64,000 nt of DNA, taken from IMG/VR virus record IMGVR_UViG_3300025018_000005. One strand, given 5' to 3'. Under the pieces are notes generated by a model. It saw only the letters and a list, made by a program, of their open reading frames with translations, had not been told where the DNA came from and did no database searches. Positions 39,724 through 49,697 of the stretch are shown in pieces (the stretch's first letter is position 1; the number at the start of each line of letters is the position of its first letter). The position numbers and the translations under genes are program-made. The stretch comes from an uncultured virus (IMG/VR IMGVR_UViG_3300025018_000005) (lineage: Duplodnaviria > Heunggongvirae > Uroviricota > Caudoviricetes).

Positions 39724-42072
39724 TCATTCCTCCTCCGCTATAAATTTACTCGCATATATTCTATGCGGCTTTCTTCCCCTTCCACCATTATCATCCTCAA
39801 CCTGAATAATCTTCTGTGCGTCAATCAACAGATATTGGTAGATTTCGTTTCGAGTCTTGCCATCACAGGATTTGAAAGGATGTAGCTTGTTAAGATCTCG
39901 CTTTAGTACGCCTTCACTCCCAAATCTTTCAATCGTATCGTAAGCCTCTTTGTATCGCTTGTCAAATTGAGATTCGATCATCTCCATGCCAATGTAATCA
40001 ATTATCTGCTCGAACGTATAATCAACAAGCGCAATTGCAAACTCAACACTTTCAAGAGTTACCTTATCGCTATAAGGATTCATTGATAACTCGTATGAAA
40101 GCGCAATTCGCATTGCCTTCTCTCTGTTGCGCACAATCATATTCTCAAGTCGATGTTGTCGCAACTGCTTCTTGCGATTAAGAATACTTACCTCGTACTT
40201 ATCAAGTCTATTCATTGCATCCTTTGCAAACTCAAGAACAATCGGATCAAGTGGTCGCTCATAATTATTTCTGCCTTGTCCGTTCTTACCTTTATTCTCG
40301 TGCATGATCCTACGCTCAATGGTTTCAATCCAAGACAAGATGCTTTGCGGAACTGGAGTGCTCTTAGCTTTCTTGTTCATGAGCTGATCGCCTTCTTGAG
40401 CAAACAAAACCATGAATCGATTTAAGAATCCATCCTGAATCATCATTCGATTCATCGAGTCAGCAAGCTTGTCTGGAGTGGTCATACCAAGAAGTCCAAC
40501 ACTAGGCTTCTGAATGATAATCCTTGTCTTGCTGTCCTCAACGCCTTCCTCGCCCTTCAAGATCTCACGTAAGTTTGTAAACGAGTCTGATGCGTATGTC
40601 GTGTCGTGCTTGCTAAATAGCTCCATCCAAGATTTAACTTCGTTGATCTTATTCTCCGACACGTTCTTGGCTCCGATGATCTGCATCCAGTGAGCCATTT
40701 CATCTTTGACAAACAAGCATCGTGGATCACGATACAGCTCTGTGACGATTGCAGACTTGCCGGTTACTTCACCTTTGATCAGCGCCTCTTGCCTTGCTGC
40801 ATACATGATCTTTGAGATTGCAGTGTATGGATACTCCTTGCCACTACCAGTCTCCGCAACAGTCATCAAATACAATGGCGTATAGTTATCATAATCCGTT
40901 GTAAAGTCTCGGCCTGTTATCGTCCCACAAAAAGCCAAGGCTGCCGATATTGACGGCATATACAGCGGGTACTTTGCAGTCGATACAATGTAGCTGACAA
41001 CCTCACCCATGACACCCTTGATTGATCGCAAACACTCAGGGACATCTTTTATCTCAAGTGCTTCGTCTGTCGAATACTTTTTTAGTACAATTTTCTCCGA
41101 CTCTTTTTTTATGGCGAACTTGCTGAGGTCAATTTCATTTGCGTATGATTGCTCCCATCCATTCTCATAAGCCAGTCTGAAAATAGTCCCTGCTGTTCTT
41201 GGGTTTGAGTTATTTGGAATGCGAGTAAACGAGTCCCATTTCTTACTCATTAGGGTTCCATCATGCTTCTGTGACTTCTCACTCCAGTCCTCCCATAGAG
41301 CATACCCACGAAGGCTCCCTGATGTCTCGTAAGCCAGTCCCATACCGATGTTTAGCCAAGTATCATAGTCAGTGTTGTCGTCATTAGGTATGGCTGCTAA
41401 TGCGCTTTTAAGGTCGTCCAGTGACGATGATCCAGCCTCGTAAGCAGAGTCAAGTACAATGTCTTGACGCTCAACTAAGTTCAGTAAACATTCTGGAGCC
41501 TGACCAACAGATTTTGGATCTGACTTAGAGTGCTCTATAAACTCGTATGGGAATCCGCTCTTGTGATAAGACCCACAACCAACAACAAATGAGCCTTTGC
41601 TCAAAAAATCAATGCCTTTGATTTCTGGTAAATTCTTCACTGTGTTTACGGTTGTTGGCTTCTTGAAGAAGAAGTGCTTTCCGCCACTACCTGTTTTTAC
41701 TGTGAGTGTCGATTCCTTCTCAACATCGATACCAAGAACTTCATTGAGCTCCTTTATTGCGTTGAGATTGTTTCTAGGATCAAAGTCAACGACAAGATCA
41801 TCCTCTTTTAGTATGAGTCCGTATGACTGCTCAAACACTCTGTTCTCAATAAGCGATTCAACCTCGCTTGGCGCTGGCATTTTTGCAGATGACCAATTAC
41901 CAATGCGTGGGTGCTTGTATTGATTCTCGCAGTCTGGGTTTCCGCATTTACACTTGCCTTTGTCATCGACTCCACGGATCAATAGGATATGGTATCCTGC
42001 CTCAGCAAAATCCATTATGTTTTCGTGCATGGTGTCTTCGTTAAAATTATCTCTCAAGTTTACCTCTCTCAT
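39724..42072 (-). CDS. primase-polymerase / PriCT-2 / helicase fusion
   Basis: KHP, VVDFDPRN, TGSGGKHFFF; YDTWLNIGMGL..WEDWS; ETGSGKE, KDE, DGFLNRF. Confidence 0.88.
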   Translation of the reverse strand: MREVNLRDNFNEDTMHENIMDFAEAGYHILLIRGVDDKGKCKCGNPDCENQYKHPRIGNWSSAKMPAPSEVESLIENRVFEQSYGLILKEDDLVVDFDPRNNLNAIKELNEVLGIDVEKESTLTVKTGSGGKHFFFKKPTTVNTVKNLPEIKGIDFLSKGSFVVGCGSYHKSGFPYEFIEHSKSDPKSVGQAPECLLNLVERQDIVLDSAYEAGSSSLDDLKSALAAIPNDDNTDYDTWLNIGMGLAYETSGSLRGYALWEDWSEKSQKHDGTLMSKKWDSFTRIPNNSNPRTAGTIFRLAYENGWEQSYANEIDLSKFAIKKESEKIVLKKYSTDEALEIKDVPECLRSIKGVMGEVVSYIVSTAKYPLYMPSISAALAFCGTITGRDFTTDYDNYTPLYLMTVAETGSGKEYPYTAISKIMYAARQEALIKGEVTGKSAIVTELYRDPRCLFVKDEMAHWMQIIGAKNVSENKINEVKSWMELFSKHDTTYASDSFTNLREILKGEEGVEDSKTRIIIQKPSVGLLGMTTPDKLADSMNRMMIQDGFLNRFMVLFAQEGDQLMNKKAKSTPVPQSILSWIETIERRIMHENKGKNGQGRNNYERPLDPIVLEFAKDAMNRLDKYEVSILNRKKQLRQHRLENMIVRNREKAMRIALSYELSMNPYSDKVTLESVEFAIALVDYTFEQIIDYIGMEMIESQFDKRYKEAYDTIERFGSEGVLKRDLNKLHPFKSCDGKTRNEIYQYLLIDAQKIIQVEDDNGGRGRKPHRIYASKFIAEEE

Positions 42073-42605
42073 TGTCGCGTAAGTCCGAGAATCTCTTTTA
42101 TCTCGTTGTGATCTTTTTCGAGCCAGATATTATATACCGGAACGCCATGTGCATAAGCTATAGCAACCGCAGTTGCTGTACCACCTTTCACACGAGTACG
42201 TTTATCTGGCTCAGCCCAACAAACTAGCACTTGGCTTGGGTTGTTAAGCTCAAAACCAAGAACCTGAAACACGTTTCTTGTATGCAAAAGTTTGGCTGCT
42301 GGACTACACTTGTCCCAAGCTGGATGATGTATCGACGCAATATACTCTGCTTCCTTGTGCGTGTAAAGTGTTTTCGAGTTTACGTATACGCCATTCTCGT
42401 CAGACCTTCCGTTGAAGTTATTCCAAGGCAAGTACACGTTATGGTTTGATCCAGCTCCAAGCTCAAATGCTGTATCGCATCCGGTAGCTCCACCTGAGCG
42501 AAGAACGATTAGCTTTTTGCTCATAGCCTCTGCAATCTGCTTGCAGTCCTGAAAACCTTTGTCAGTTACGTTTCTACTGCCGACACCGGTATAAAACTCG
42601 GTCAT
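42069..42605 (-). CDS. SLOG/DprA-like nucleotide-binding protein
   Basis: YTGVGSR, LRSGGATGCDTAFE.G, YLPW..FN, GGTATAV. Confidence 0.8.
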   Translation of the reverse strand: MTEFYTGVGSRNVTDKGFQDCKQIAEAMSKKLIVLRSGGATGCDTAFELGAGSNHNVYLPWNNFNGRSDENGVYVNSKTLYTHKEAEYIASIHHPAWDKCSPAAKLLHTRNVFQVLGFELNNPSQVLVCWAEPDKRTRVKGGTATAVAIAYAHGVPVYNIWLEKDHNEIKEILGLTRQ

Positions 42606-42871
42606 AGTGGAAGTCCGATGAATGGGTTTGGCTTGATGCTAGCTGACTCGCACGCCGTAAAATCAACCGCAAACCAATTGTCTTTCAGCTCGATGATATT
42701 AATCTCCACTGGCGCAAGCATCTGATCATCTCCGCAAGTATTTTGTGTTGTCGATACAGCATCCAGATCGCCTTGAGTCTCAAGTATTGCGACCAGTGTA
42801 TGAATTATCTCTGATATTTTCATTGCAAACCTCCTATCTCGATTATATTGCTTGATCCGCAAAGCGGGCAT
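42602..42871 (-). CDS. hypothetical protein
   Basis: Start probably MKISE; ATGA overlaps. Confidence 0.5.
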   Translation of the reverse strand: MPALRIKQYNRDRRFAMKISEIIHTLVAILETQGDLDAVSTTQNTCGDDQMLAPVEINIIELKDNWFAVDFTACESASIKPNPFIGLPL

Positions 42872-43020
42872 CTCATTTCGTTGTGATTTATATCAACGTA
42901 CTTGCAGCATGTCAAGCACTTTACGGTTATCGTGTCGTCAATCAGATCGGGCTTGGACTTCTCGGTATGAAATCCAGCACCGGATGTTTGTGCGTGTTTG
43001 GCGACGAAGTTGTTTTTCAT
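42820..43020 (-). CDS. small zinc-ribbon protein
   Basis: C..CC...CPLCG; GGAG RBS; promoter upstream. Confidence 0.6.
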   Translation of the reverse strand: MKNNFVAKHAQTSGAGFHTEKSKPDLIDDTITVKCLTCCKYVDINHNEMRCPLCGSSNIIEIGGLQ

Positions 43021-43091
43021 GGTTGCTCCTGTGATTCGTTTTTCAGGAGAGTACCTGAATGGATTGCTGATGTCAAGTTTTGTATTCTGAG

Positions 43092-43293
43092 GAATAAAAG
43101 GATTAAAAATAGGGAGTAATACTACTGGGGGTGGTTGGATAGTTAGTAGTAACTATTATATATATTATTTTAATTAATTAATTATATATATATTACTATA
43201 TACCCTTCTACTATGCCGTCTCGAACGGTGTTTTATTTAAGGAGGATTTACTCTCCTTTTTTTCTCCTTTTTTAAAAATCGATCCTTTTATTC
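43092..43293. other. putative replication origin
   Basis: Non-coding, near-pure AT core at about 43150-43200; 12-bp inverted repeat GAATAAAAGGAT (43092-43103 / 43282-43293); between divergent TTGACA promoters near the primase gene. Confidence 0.5.
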
Positions 43294-43354
43294 TGGATTT
43301 GACAACTGAAACGGTTGGTGTAGGATTCGTCGAAATAGTTTTCGAGGTGTGGAT

Positions 43355-43864
43355 ATGAAGTTTTTAGGGGTTGACCCAGGCGCTAGTGGTGCAGTCTCAG
43401 TTTTCGATGATCTCTCGTTCCTTGGCGTAATGGATCTCTCTCATGAGGTTGTTTCTGGCGAGAAGATGTTTGACTTGATCTCTGTGCGAGATGAGATTAT
43501 TGAGATTGCTGGTGGCCAAATTGACATGGTGTTTATTGAGAAGGTTGGGGCGAGATCAGCGCAAGGCGTCAAGTCAATGTTCTCGTTTGGTGAGCGTTTC
43601 GCTGAAGTCAAATGTCTTGGTTTGACATTGACGAAAAACGTAGTATTCTTAACACCGCAATCTTGGAAAGCATCCGCTGGCTTGATTGGTCAAGATAAGA
43701 ACATGAGCGCAAAGAAATGCGCAAAGCTGTATCCTGACTTAGCTGATTCGTTTGTTCAAGCAAACAGCAGGTGCAAAGATGGGTTTAAGTATTTCGATGG
43801 TCGCGGTGATTCTGCGCTAATCGGGTTAATGGGTTACAAGAAATTCAAGAAGGAGAAGTTATGA
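43355..43864 (+). CDS. RuvC-like Holliday junction resolvase
   Basis: LGVDPGASGA, VFIEKV, SMFSFG, PQSWK, DGRGDSALI. Confidence 0.85.
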   Translation: MKFLGVDPGASGAVSVFDDLSFLGVMDLSHEVVSGEKMFDLISVRDEIIEIAGGQIDMVFIEKVGARSAQGVKSMFSFGERFAEVKCLGLTLTKNVVFLTPQSWKASAGLIGQDKNMSAKKCAKLYPDLADSFVQANSRCKDGFKYFDGRGDSALIGLMGYKKFKKEKL

Positions 43865-44166
43865 CAAAGTTGGTAACTGGTAAGTACGGTGCTTTTACGA
43901 AGGCAAGGAAAATGCCAGTAGGTGGTTTGATTTTCGCAGCGTACACAGGAGAGAGCGTTATTTACGTTACGGATCTTGCGAAAGATGCTCGCAATGCAAT
44001 GTTCTCCTACATGGGAATGTTTCAGGATCTATTTGACAGCGTTGTGCTTAGCGATATGCTTATGAAGTTCCCAAGCGGAGGCAGCATTCGGTTTACCTCA
44101 CTTGATCGAGGAAACGACAGCTTGCGTGGATTGATGGCTGATTTTTATGTGATGGATGGCGAGTGA
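43861..44166 (+). CDS. small protein resembling a terminase ATPase fragment
   Basis: FPSGGSIRFTS.D...LRGL.AD..VMD. Confidence 0.45.
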   Translation: MTKLVTGKYGAFTKARKMPVGGLIFAAYTGESVIYVTDLAKDARNAMFSYMGMFQDLFDSVVLSDMLMKFPSGGSIRFTSLDRGNDSLRGLMADFYVMDGE

Positions 44167-44169
44167 TTT

Positions 44170-45018
44170 ATGACTAAGCAGTATTTGGATTTATGCAAGC
44201 GAATCCTAGATGAAGGCCATTGGGTTGAGAACGAACGCACTGGGAAGCGCTGCCTTACGGTTATTAATGCCGACCTAACTTACGATGTTGAGGCAGGAGA
44301 CTTTCCGCTTGTGACGACTCGAAAGAGCTACTGGAAGGCTGCAATAAGCGAGATGATTGGCTATTTGCGAGGCTACACAAACGCATACGATTTTTCTGAG
44401 CTTGGGACGAATACTTGGATTGCAAATGCAAATGAGAATAAGAGCTGGCTTGACAACAAGCATCGAAATGCCGATGGCGACATGGGGAAAGTGTACGGAT
44501 ACCAGATGCGAAACTTTGCTGGATCTGGGTATGATCAGCTAATGAAAGTCGTCAGTAATTTGTCTAATGGAGTTGATGATCGTGGAGAAATTCTTCAGAT
44601 GTGGAATCCGGCGGATTTTGACAAAGGCTGTTTGCGCCCATGTATGTATGAGCATCAATTCTCAATCCTTGATGGAAAGCTGTACTTAAACAGCGCTCAG
44701 CGCTCGTGCGATGTTCCTTTGGGGTTAAACTTCAATATGGTTCAGGTTTACTTCTTTCTTTTCATCATGTCTGCTGTTACAAAAATTCCAGCAGGTAAGG
44801 CATTTCATAAAATTGTGAATGCTCATATTTACGAGGATCAGCTTGATGGTGTACTTGAGCAGGTTAAGCGAGATCCATATCCTAGTCCAAAGTTTGACTT
44901 TAGTGAGCCGCATCCAAACCTAAGTATTGATGACGTGTTGAGTTGGATTGATTTAAGTTCGTTTGAAGTAAGTGATTACAGTCACCACGATCCTATAGCA
45001 TACAAATTTAGCGTGTAG
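44170..45018 (+). CDS. thyA: thymidylate synthase
   Basis: [34 protein letters not shown]. Confidence 0.95.
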   Translation: MTKQYLDLCKRILDEGHWVENERTGKRCLTVINADLTYDVEAGDFPLVTTRKSYWKAAISEMIGYLRGYTNAYDFSELGTNTWIANANENKSWLDNKHRNADGDMGKVYGYQMRNFAGSGYDQLMKVVSNLSNGVDDRGEILQMWNPADFDKGCLRPCMYEHQFSILDGKLYLNSAQRSCDVPLGLNFNMVQVYFFLFIMSAVTKIPAGKAFHKIVNAHIYEDQLDGVLEQVKRDPYPSPKFDFSEPHPNLSIDDVLSWIDLSSFEVSDYSHHDPIAYKFSV

Positions 45019-45099
45019 CAATTATGATGCGTACTGGTTAAAAACTAGCCGCATCAATCAATGCTATCATTTAAACTCCATTCAAAGAGGGGTAGTTAT

Positions 45100-45807
45100 A
45101 TGTCAAAACGTCAACCAGCAATCCTTGATCATTACCGTGACAAGAAAGGGCCACAGGTTTACGGAATTAAAGATTGGAAGCTTTCGCCAGAACAGCAAGA
45201 GCTTTCAGATATTATAGATTCAAGCGATATGGTGATGGTTTCTGGGAAGGCTGGCGTTGGTAAAACTGCCGCAATTCTCCACAACTTCGTAAAAACATAT
45301 CTAAAAGATAATACGAAGAAAATCATTGTAATCAGAACTCCAGTAGAAGTTGGTATGGACAAGATTGGTGCATTGCCGGGAAGCGAAGAAGATAAACTTG
45401 GCCCACACTTCTCGTCAGCAAAACGAATCCTTGAGCAACTACTGTCAAAAGAAAAGGTTAGATGCGATATTGATAAGAGAATTCAATTCCGCATACCAAA
45501 TTTCATCATCGGAGATAGTCTAGACGATTCTCTTATTATAATCTCTGAAGCCCAGCAAATGTCTCCAGAAATTATCAAACTACTGCTTGAGCGAACTGGC
45601 AAGAATTCAAAGGTTGTGGTTGAAGGTGACGAAAGCCAGAAGTATACATCAACTGGCAAGCGGTCTGGTCTAAGCAAAACCATTGAGATCTTTAACAAAA
45701 ACCCACAGAAAGGCATTGAGTATTTTGAGTTCAGCAAATACAACAATATGCGTTCTGATTTTGTTGCTCGCATTAATTTAGTTTACGAATCAACAGACTT
45801 GATTTGA
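45100..45807 (+). CDS. phoH: PhoH-like ATPase
   Basis: GKAGVGKT, IGALPG, EAQ, LLERTG..SKVVVEGD.SQ, SGL, RS.FV. Confidence 0.85.
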   Translation: MSKRQPAILDHYRDKKGPQVYGIKDWKLSPEQQELSDIIDSSDMVMVSGKAGVGKTAAILHNFVKTYLKDNTKKIIVIRTPVEVGMDKIGALPGSEEDKLGPHFSSAKRILEQLLSKEKVRCDIDKRIQFRIPNFIIGDSLDDSLIIISEAQQMSPEIIKLLLERTGKNSKVVVEGDESQKYTSTGKRSGLSKTIEIFNKNPQKGIEYFEFSKYNNMRSDFVARINLVYESTDLI

Positions 45808-45842
45808 CAAGTCGTTAATTTTACTAGATAATCCTCCTATGA

Positions 45843-46349
45843 TTGTTTAAATCGAAGTCTGGGAGGATTAATATGAAAGAAGATACACCTAAAGAAAAAT
45901 CACAAAGAATCGTCAACGAAATAATTGACTCATGCACTCACGAAGTTGCCTTGCAAGTAGCAAGTTCGCTTTTTCAACATACACTAGAAATCAAGAAAAA
46001 ATCACAATGGTCTTCAGCAGAAGACAGTATGATTCTTACTTTCTTTTACCTATCAAGCAAAGAGGAGTTGTGTGAAGCTCTATCATGTGATATGGCATCA
46101 CTTTACTCACGAGCAAGACATCTTGGTGTTGTCTCGCCAACATCGACAGGCATCACAGCTACAGATTTAGCGAATGCAGTTTACATGTTTTCTGATGGAT
46201 GTTCGCAGGATGAAGTTCTAAAGCTGTACGGAATCGATTCAATAACCGTACCCGTAAAATCATTAACATCGGTTGATTATCAGCGGATTAATGATCACAT
46301 ACGCTTTGTAGACTCTGCTCAAATGGAGTTATTCGCTGATGAAGATTAA
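45843..46349 (+). CDS. putative HTH/Myb-like DNA-binding protein
   Basis: WSSAED..L...ELCEAL....SLYSRARHLG. Confidence 0.45.
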   Translation: MFKSKSGRINMKEDTPKEKSQRIVNEIIDSCTHEVALQVASSLFQHTLEIKKKSQWSSAEDSMILTFFYLSSKEELCEALSCDMASLYSRARHLGVVSPTSTGITATDLANAVYMFSDGCSQDEVLKLYGIDSITVPVKSLTSVDYQRINDHIRFVDSAQMELFADED

Positions 46350-47433
46350 TTTTAAGGTAGAAGACTTACTTGAGGCAATGAATAGACTTGCTGTTGTTGC
46401 GGCAAAAGCAAAAGACGAGCCAAGCAAACACGTTTTGATTTCATCGAATGATGGAGAAGCAATACTTACAGCAGTTGATGGCAGAATACAAAAATCAGTA
46501 ACCATTAACTCGACTGGAGATCCTCTTGAGATAGCTGTTCGTTTTGACAAGCTAATTAGTTTACTAAAGACATTGCCAAAGGATAAATTCATCTCAATAA
46601 AAGCAGATAATGGATCGGCAGTTATTGTTTGTGGAAAGTCTCGCGTAAAGTCACCGGTTATTGACCAATCTCTGATACCTACAATCAATACAGGTTCGTT
46701 CATTGATATAGATATTGATTTTGTCGCGCTGTCAGAGGCAATAAGCATGGTTTCATTTGCTAGTGCGAAGGACGATATAAACAAAGCGATAAATGGCGTT
46801 GTTGTTTCGAGAGATGAAGACAGTGCAAAAGTTGCTGCAACAAATAAGCATTTCATCGCAATAAAATCAGTGCCATGCTCAGGATTATTTGATGAGTTTA
46901 TTATTCCAATCAATCTAATTACTGTTGCTGCTAAGGATATTGCAGAATGCACAAGAATGCAGTTAAGTAGAAGTCATGTGATTATTTCTGGAACTGACTT
47001 TAAGACTTTCTTGCCGCTGATTGACATGAAGTATTTAAACTTTAGAGCTGCAAATCCAAGTGGAAGATTTAATATCAAGCATGAACTAACTTTCAGTAAA
47101 GAGCAAATGACAGAGTGTTTGAAACGTGTTAGCTCTATCGCTGACGACCCAAGAAATAGTCGCTGTATCATTAATGCGGATATTGGCGATGTTGAGGCTG
47201 TTGTTGTTGGTAAATTTATTATCGGTGATGCCAATGAGATTAGCGATGCAATTCCAATGACTCATGTAGGGTCTGAGCCAATGAAGCTAGCCTATGATCC
47301 AAGTTTTGTGTTACATGGGTTAAGGCACATAAAGTCTGATACAATCACATGCAAAATTTACGACAACAAGGTAAGTCCAATGGTTATTGAAGAAGACGGA
47401 TTTACCTGCATAATCAGCCAAGTAATGGTTTAA
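46339..47433 (+). CDS. dnaN: DNA polymerase III beta sliding clamp-like protein
   Basis: 364 aa; three-domain clamp pattern (LTAVDG, INGV..AATN.H, SP.VI). Confidence 0.8.
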   Translation: MKINFKVEDLLEAMNRLAVVAAKAKDEPSKHVLISSNDGEAILTAVDGRIQKSVTINSTGDPLEIAVRFDKLISLLKTLPKDKFISIKADNGSAVIVCGKSRVKSPVIDQSLIPTINTGSFIDIDIDFVALSEAISMVSFASAKDDINKAINGVVVSRDEDSAKVAATNKHFIAIKSVPCSGLFDEFIIPINLITVAAKDIAECTRMQLSRSHVIISGTDFKTFLPLIDMKYLNFRAANPSGRFNIKHELTFSKEQMTECLKRVSSIADDPRNSRCIINADIGDVEAVVVGKFIIGDANEISDAIPMTHVGSEPMKLAYDPSFVLHGLRHIKSDTITCKIYDNKVSPMVIEEDGFTCIISQVMV

Positions 47434-47446
47434 ATTAGGAGGGATA

Positions 47447-48028
47447 ATGGAAGATATAGATATTTTACTGCCAACAGCTAATGAGAGTACAGCAACAGAA
47501 TATTCATTTCACCTTGATGAGGAGATCAAGTCGCCAGAATATTATAGGGCGCTTGTAGAGGTCATGGTCTCTGCAAAACAAGATGATAATATTATTCTTT
47601 ATATAAACTCACCTGGTGGTGACGCATACGGAATGAAAAGCATCTTATCTGCAATGAGCTTGTGTCAATGCAATATTGGCGGCTTTTTGATTGGCGATGC
47701 GTCTAGTGCTGCTTCTGCAATTTTTTTGAACTGTGATTATTTCTATATTAGCGATCACGCGACAATGATGATCCATGAAGGATTTTTGCAATCTGGCGGA
47801 ACACCATCAAACTTGGCAAAACACGTAACCTCTGTCATGAGCAACATCAATAAATTTATCGACGATACTTATGGTGTGTTCTTGACACTAGACGAGATTG
47901 AGAAAGTAAAAACCGCTGGCGATGTTTACTTAAACGCTGATGAAATAAAAGAGCGATTGGATGTTCTCATCGAGCACAGAGCGCTTCTTGCTGAAGAACA
48001 GGAAGAACTAGAGCAGACAGTACACTAA
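47447..48028 (+). CDS. ClpP-like serine protease
   Basis: LYINSPGG, ASSAASAIF, MMIH, YLNADE. Confidence 0.85.
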   Translation: MEDIDILLPTANESTATEYSFHLDEEIKSPEYYRALVEVMVSAKQDDNIILYINSPGGDAYGMKSILSAMSLCQCNIGGFLIGDASSAASAIFLNCDYFYISDHATMMIHEGFLQSGGTPSNLAKHVTSVMSNINKFIDDTYGVFLTLDEIEKVKTAGDVYLNADEIKERLDVLIEHRALLAEEQEELEQTVH

Positions 48029-48042
48029 AACTAGGAGGAAAT

Positions 48043-49626
48043 ATGAGTGGATTAACGAATGACGATCTTTTAGAGATCGTCAGGCTATCGCTTGATGAGG
48101 GAATGTCTCATCGGGAGATAGCGAATCATATTGGCTCATCTAAGACCGCCGTTGGGCGGTTTCTTAGGCGCGAGTCGTTTAGTGATTTCTGGGAAGCAAA
48201 CGACAAGAAGCCTGTCGCAAGCGGAACAAAAGTTGCTATGCACGAAAAAAGAAAGCGACTTGATGGAAGGCGATTCGTTCTGTTTTCTGCACAGAACAAT
48301 ACGTTTGTTCACAATGAATTTCTTGAATCGCTAAAGGTTTTTGCAAAGGAAAATGACGCAAGACTAATCGCCGGAAGATTCCATTACAATAAAAATGGAT
48401 TTCAAAACACCACTGAAGACGATAACAATTGGTTCGATCCAAAAATTCAAGAATACGTTCTTGATGAAGATTGTTTTTTGGCCAATGATTTAATTTGGTG
48501 TGGATCACTCGACATTCTACCAACAGCAGCAAATCCACTATCTGGATTTCATAGCTATACAGGAACGAATAGCGGCATTATTCCTCACGCGAAGGTACAA
48601 CTGCAATCCCTTCCAACAAGCAAGCACACGCCTGCTAAGATGCTTTACACAACCGGAAGTGTTACGCAGATGAATTACATTCAACGAAAAGCAGGACAAA
48701 AGGCAGAGTTCCATCATGTGTTTGGTGCGCTGTACGTAACTGTTGACGATGATGGAGACTGGTTTGTTCGTCAGTTGAATGCAGACTCTAAGACAGGCTG
48801 CTTTTATGACCTTGATAAATACTACACTCCAGAAGGGGTTTCCTCTGGTAATGCAATTGAAGCGGTTAATTGGGGTGACATTCATGCGGCTCAGTTAGAC
48901 GATGATGTGGCTGATATTAGCTGGAATAACGAAAGCTCAATACTTGATACATTGAAACCAAAGTATCAGTTCATTCACGATGTTTTTGACATGAAATATC
49001 GAAACCATCACAATATTGGCAATCAATACTTCAGATTTGAGATGCACTGTAATAACACTGACTCAGTGAGTGATGAGGTTGCAATTACTCTTGATGTTAT
49101 GCAGTCAATGAAACGAGAGTGGAGTAAGGTTATTGTCGTCGAGAGCAATCACGATCTTGCATTAAAACGGTGGTTGACATCATCTGACTATAGACTTGAT
49201 CCTGCAAATGCTTTATTCTTCCTTGAACTGCAACTTGAGAGCTACAAAGCAATCGCAAGTGGAGACAAAGCGTTTAATGTCTTTAAAAAGGCTTGCGAAA
49301 TGGCTGGTGATATTTCTGGCATAGAGTTCTTGAAGACGGATGAGCAATTTGTGATATGCGGAGGCATTGAGTGCGGTCAACATGGTCATAATGGCAATAA
49401 TGGCGGCAGAGGCTCTATTCGAGCTTTTCAGGTTCAAGGAAGCAAGTCGAACATAGGTCACGGTCACTCTGCAACTATCCTAGATGGTGTGTATATGGCT
49501 GGCGTAAGTGGCAATTTGGATATGGGGTACAACGTTGGCGGAAGTAGCTGGTCTAACTCACATATTTTGACCTATAAGAACGGAAAACGAGCCATTGTTA
49601 CAATTAAAAATGGAAAATGGAGGTAG
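48043..49626 (+). CDS. T5 A1-like protein (HTH plus metallophosphoesterase)
   Basis: SAQNNT.VH, GDIH, HD, NHH, SNHD, HGH.G.NG.RG, GHGHS, SSW motifs. Confidence 0.75.
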   Translation: MSGLTNDDLLEIVRLSLDEGMSHREIANHIGSSKTAVGRFLRRESFSDFWEANDKKPVASGTKVAMHEKRKRLDGRRFVLFSAQNNTFVHNEFLESLKVFAKENDARLIAGRFHYNKNGFQNTTEDDNNWFDPKIQEYVLDEDCFLANDLIWCGSLDILPTAANPLSGFHSYTGTNSGIIPHAKVQLQSLPTSKHTPAKMLYTTGSVTQMNYIQRKAGQKAEFHHVFGALYVTVDDDGDWFVRQLNADSKTGCFYDLDKYYTPEGVSSGNAIEAVNWGDIHAAQLDDDVADISWNNESSILDTLKPKYQFIHDVFDMKYRNHHNIGNQYFRFEMHCNNTDSVSDEVAITLDVMQSMKREWSKVIVVESNHDLALKRWLTSSDYRLDPANALFFLELQLESYKAIASGDKAFNVFKKACEMAGDISGIEFLKTDEQFVICGGIECGQHGHNGNNGGRGSIRAFQVQGSKSNIGHGHSATILDGVYMAGVSGNLDMGYNVGGSSWSNSHILTYKNGKRAIVTIKNGKWR

Positions 49627-49643
49627 CCATAAAGGAAGCTCCA

Positions 49644-49681
49644 TGATATAATTCACAACCGCCCTGAAGTCAGGGCTTTTT
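49644..49681 (+). promoter_or_regulatory. extended -10 promoter plus terminator hairpin
   Basis: TGATATAAT then GCCCTGA/TCAGGGC and a T tract. Confidence 0.6.
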
Positions 49682-49697
49682 ATTCTAAGGAGATCAA

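Noticed and set aside
44170..45018. ThyA as a dCMP hydroxymethylase supplying the glycosyltransferase
   Set aside because: It has the dUMP-specifying Asn (LNFN) and looks like a canonical thymidylate synthase
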